From Diplonema japonicum (Eukaryota > Protista > Euglenozoa: Diplonemea), in NCBI GenBank assembly GCA_964019335.1, contig OZ025724.1, forward strand, positions 310,001-374,000: a stretch of 64,000 nucleotides of DNA. The letters are read 5' to 3'. Made by a program: the position numbers and the translations under genes. Numbering within the stretch: the first letter of the stretch is position 1; each line of letters opens with the position of its first letter. The notes under the pieces were generated by a model. That model saw only the letters and a program-made list of their open reading frames with translations. It was not told where the DNA came from and searched no databases. Positions 59,702 to 64,000 of this stretch are shown here, in pieces.

Positions 59702-60182
59702 CCATCTACCAACGAGTGTCTTTTTATATAGACAATTTGAAGAAGGAAAGAAGAAAAAAAAAGAAGAAAAAAAAAAAGAAAAAAAAAAGAAGAAAAAAAA
59801 AAAAAATGCGCTACGGGCTTTCAACGCAAGACGGCCCGGCCACTTCTCACAGCCGGTGGAGCATCCTTTGCACGCTCCGGTGAAGTCAAATTTGACGTGA
59901 AAGTAAGCCAGAAAGGATTTACAACACCGTAATGGGTGATGCTGTGACAAAACGCCATAAACGCACCCTTACGACTTCGTGCCCAAGTGGCTCCCTGAAA
60001 GTAATTTCGTATGTGTTAGATAATCTGTAATCAGATAAATCTCTGGCAAATGCTTGGCTCTCGAGACCCTTGTACTGGTGTACAACTTTGCGGAACTTCG
60101 TGGATACCCAGAAACCTCTCTCTGGGGCCAAAGACTCTCGAGCACTTCAGGAACTGGGCAAAAATGGTTCGTTGGTAGATGG
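59702..60182. mobile_element. piggyBac-type MITE
   Basis: Perfect 14-bp TIR CCATCTACCAACGA flanked by TTAA on both sides. Confidence 0.85.
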
Positions 60183-60640
60183 TTAAAAAAGAAAACGATC
60201 ACCCCCGCCAAAATTGAAGAAGAGGCACGACCTGTGCATGTATTTTTTTTTTTTTTGTGGTTTTTTGTTAGATAAAAAAAGAAACTAGAAAACATTGAAA
60301 TAAGAAAAAAAAAAAGAAGAAAAAAAAAGAAGATAAGAAAATAAACTCAATTAGAAATAAATAAATAAATAAAAGGTAGTGCTTTCCCATTCCTTTCCAT
60401 AAATCAAACGTGCTCCTCCAAGTGAGCAGGAATATTTATATAAAAAAAAAAGGAGGGGGGAAAAAAAACAGGGTTGAGAGTGGCGTTTCCATGGCTTTGT
60501 AAAAACCAGTGACTCCAAACCGCCGGGTGAAATACCACCAAATATAGAAAAAAAAGAAATTATACGGGCATGGCAAAAAAAACAAAACAAAAAAACAAAA
60601 AGCTAGACTAATGTATTTGCCCCTAAAGGACGGGGCGGAC

Positions 60641-60684
<44 letters not shown>

Positions 60685-60986
60685 AGAAATTATACGGGCA
60701 GGGCAAAAGAGGACAACTGGCCGTTTGTTTGTTCATTCCGGTTAGTCAAAAAATATTCTTCCCCCCCCCCCCCCCCCCCCCCCCCCATTTTCGTCCTTCG
60801 CCTCCTTTATCTATCGTTAAAATTGAGTCGATTTCAAAACAAACAGAAACCCTCCCCAGGGGGGGCTATGTTGTCAGAAAACGGGGAGCGTTTCCTTCTT
60901 TTTCAGATATTTACAGAAAACGGTCCCCCCCAAAAAAAAAAAAAAAGAGGAAGTGGTTTCTATATTTCAAAAAAGCTTGGAAACAC

Positions 60987-61021
<35 letters not shown>

Positions 61022-61930
61022 CAACATAGCCGGGGGGGGGGGGGGGGGGGGGTTAGTTTGGTAGTTTGAAAAGCGGTCTTTGCGATTTTTTCTGGAAACT
61101 CATTTTTTATTTTTTGTTTTATTCTTGCAGCCAAAAAGTCTTTAAGTAGCGGAGTGGGTAATGGTGGGGGGCAAGCAACAAAGCCCCAGGAGGGCCCTAC
61201 AACGACAAATATCGGGGGGAGCTTAACCCACATTCACATGGACACAGCAGCGACTAAAAGAAATAGCTACAAGAACAAATCAAGGAAAAAAAAAAAAAGA
61301 GAGCCCCCTCTTTTTTTTTAAAAAGTCCTTACGGGTGCACGTGGGGGAGGGGTAGTTAGGAGGTGAAGGAAGTAGAGGGGGGAGTCTGTTGAAGAAAGAA
61401 AAAAAAATTAGGGGGAGGAACAAATTGCTTTCATCTTCTTTTTTTTGAAAAAAAAAGTGTGTGTGTGTGTGTGTGGGGGGGGGGGAGAGGAAAAGTAGAA
61501 TAATAGAAAAACAAGAAATCACGCGCTGGGGGAAACGAGGGAAGAAAAAGGGGGGGAGTGTAAAAAATATCGTGAACTGAGATAAAACGAAAAAAAAGTG
61601 GGGGGGGGAGGTTGAAAAGGATGGAGGGAAAAAAAAAGAAAAAAAGGACCTTTTAAGAAAAACACGGGTACTTTAAAAGCCAGAATAGAAAGAGGGGGGG
61701 ATAAAGAGCTTTTTAAAGCTGGGGGATGTATGCAACAACGAATAAATCTATTCCTGTGAGACTGGTTGACAATTGGTTTTTTTTTTTTTTTCTTTTTTTT
61801 TTTTCCCTTCTCTTGACGAAGGCATCATTCGATGCCATACCAAGAATAGATGGGGTTGAGATACAAAAGAAGATTTAGCCGGGGGGGATTTTACTACTTT
61901 TTTTTTTCTTTCTTTTTTTTTTTCTTTCTT

Positions 61931-61997
<67 letters not shown>

Positions 61998-62766
61998 CCC
62001 TTTCTTCTGTTAAAGACAGGGTGAAACAACGAAGGAGAAAGAACAAAAAAAAAAAGAAAAAGAAATAGTTTCCCCCCTTCCCCTAGCTTAGCTAAAATCA
62101 CTAAGAGTAATATCAGTAAAGATATCCCAAGGGGCTTTTCTTCTTCAGATTTTGAAAGGGGAAAGGAGAAAAAAAAAAAAAGGAGAGGGAAAAAAAAACG
62201 AAGAAGAAATGAAAGAAACTGATCACCCAGAGGAGGGCCGCCAGAGTTTTTCCTTTATTTTTTCTTTTTTTTTTTTTCACCCCCCTTTCAGGTGATAGAT
62301 TTGTTATATCTGTCAACTGATTTTTTTTTTTTTCTTCTCCCCTTTTGTCTTTTATATATCACATTACACCCAACCTTTTCTCTCTTTTTTTTTCTTTTTT
62401 TTTTTTTTTTTTTGAAAAAATCAAAAAAAAAAAAAAAAATTAGTACCAGTTTTGTGTAGAAGAAGAAAAAAGGGGGGAGGGGGCTGTTCCCGGAAAGAGA
62501 AAAAAAATGACATTCTTAGCAGTACTAGAAAGGCCTCAGTAGCAAAAAAAAAAGAGGGGGTTAATAAGGAAGAAAAGAAAATCAAAAAATAAATAGGAGG
62601 GAACTAGGGCGGCAACGCTTGTATTTTCTAAAGTGCTAGTCTACAACAAGTTCTTTAAGGAATAAGAAGCGTGGGGGGGGGGGGGGGGGGGGGGACGTGA
62701 ATTTTGACTTGAAATACAACCTAGAAGGTCCGCCAAGAGAGTGAGAAGGAATAATAAAAGGGGATC

Positions 62767-62801
<35 letters not shown>

Positions 62802-64000
62802 ATGAAAGAACGGGAATTTTCAACAATAACTGCTTTATTCACATGACGAAGAACGAACTTTTTATGTCGTGAATAAGAGCAATTTTCATTTTCTTTTTCT
62901 TTTTTTTTTTCCCCATTTTTTTTTTTTTTTTTTTAAAAACCCTCCTCAAAATATTTACTTCATTCAGTACCTTTAAAAAAAAAAAAGAAATCTGATTGAA
63001 AGTTAAGAATTGAGCGGAGTAAATAAAAAAGAAGAAGAAGAAGAAGAAGAAAGAAGAAAAAGAAAACAGCGATTTGTTCTTTTTGTTGTAAAAAAGGTTG
63101 GTTTTTTTTTTATTTTTATAGGCAGGTTTTCTTTGTGAATCAATGTTGAAGGAGGGGGGGGCGCAAAGAGAATTTTTTGGAAACCTAAAAACCAGCACCC
63201 CTCCCTCCCCACATTGGTGCCTACCTATTGCGCTTCGTGTGTGTAAATATTTAAACTAGTTTTCCTTGAGGTGCACCCATATTTGAGAATTGAGTGGGGA
63301 AACCTTTTGACCTTTGGCAAAAAAATAAATAAATAAATAAAAAGGCTGGGGAAGGGGGAGGCAATTGAAATGAAGGATTAAAAAAAAAAGAAATGTAAAT
63401 TAGATAGGAAAGAGGAGGTATACAGCAGCAAGAAATAAATTGAACCCCTTTTTTTTTTTTTTTTTTTTAACGCCTCATATCTCTAAAACCCTTATTGGCC
63501 CCCTTCAAAAAAGGAGAACAGCGAAAATTGCTATTTTCAAAAGCGGTGGGGGGGGGTCAATTTAAATTGGCGAAGTCCATATTTCAATATTAAAAGACAG
63601 GCTGCTTCTTTATTGTATTTGAACGTCTGAGGACAATGAAAAGAATTTTACCTAATAAAAAAGCTCATTACGCTGCCATCAACTAGTTTTTTAGTCTCGA
63701 CAATAATATTGTTAAAACAAAAAAAAAAAAAGAGAGAGGGGGAGAGAAAATGGGTTTGCAAAGACACATTTTCTTTTTTGGTTTTAGAGATATGAAGTAT
63801 TAAAATTCGCACATCATGTGCCACCCGATAGTCAGGAAAAAAGGAAGGGGGGAAAAAAAAAGGCGGATAAATGCAACTTTTATTTTTTCCTTTTGTTGGG
63901 GTGGGGTGGGAGGAGCACTTTTAGAGGCTAAAATCCCCCCCCGGAAACCCGCGCGTCCTGTTTTTTTTTTTAAAGGTTTCCAGAACAAACATTTCAAAAA

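Noticed and set aside
1887-63997. Hundreds of short poly-Lys/Phe/Gly/Pro ORFs in the track, including N-terminal extensions of 17322-18920, 26888-27640, 47265-48173 and 54021-54788
   Set aside because: They are translations of homopolymer runs that lack stops by composition. The host genes have better starts at ATGs directly after A runs, and the 47265 frame is a truncated LINE.

Overview
Eukaryotic (protist) genomic DNA. Short, apparently intronless genes all lie on the minus strand, separated by intergenic DNA dominated by A/T/G/C homopolymer runs and transposon debris. The strand uniformity and gene families suggest a euglenozoan, possibly a diplonemid (inference). Host genes: a multi-TM STE11/MEKK-type kinase running off the left edge, a receptor-type degenerate class III nucleotide cyclase, two membrane proteins, two small ORFs and three PHO80/U-type cyclin paralogues with mosaic identity. 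Mobile DNA: one full-length APE-RT non-LTR retrotransposon (about 35059-41519), 5'-truncated copies from at least three related families, a SINE/SIDER-like repeat with swappable 3' tails, three piggyBac derivatives, several MITEs and four non-coding families sharing an inverted repeat plus long terminal hairpin. The main finding is in the full-length LINE. ORF1 (OTU-protease-like, RRM-like, coiled coil) and ORF2 (APE-RT-zinc knuckle) are in one frame, separated by a single UAG in the context CAA-UAG-CAA-UUA-CAG. This is the tobamovirus leaky-stop motif, and it points to programmed readthrough giving a 2137-aa Gag-Pol-like fusion.
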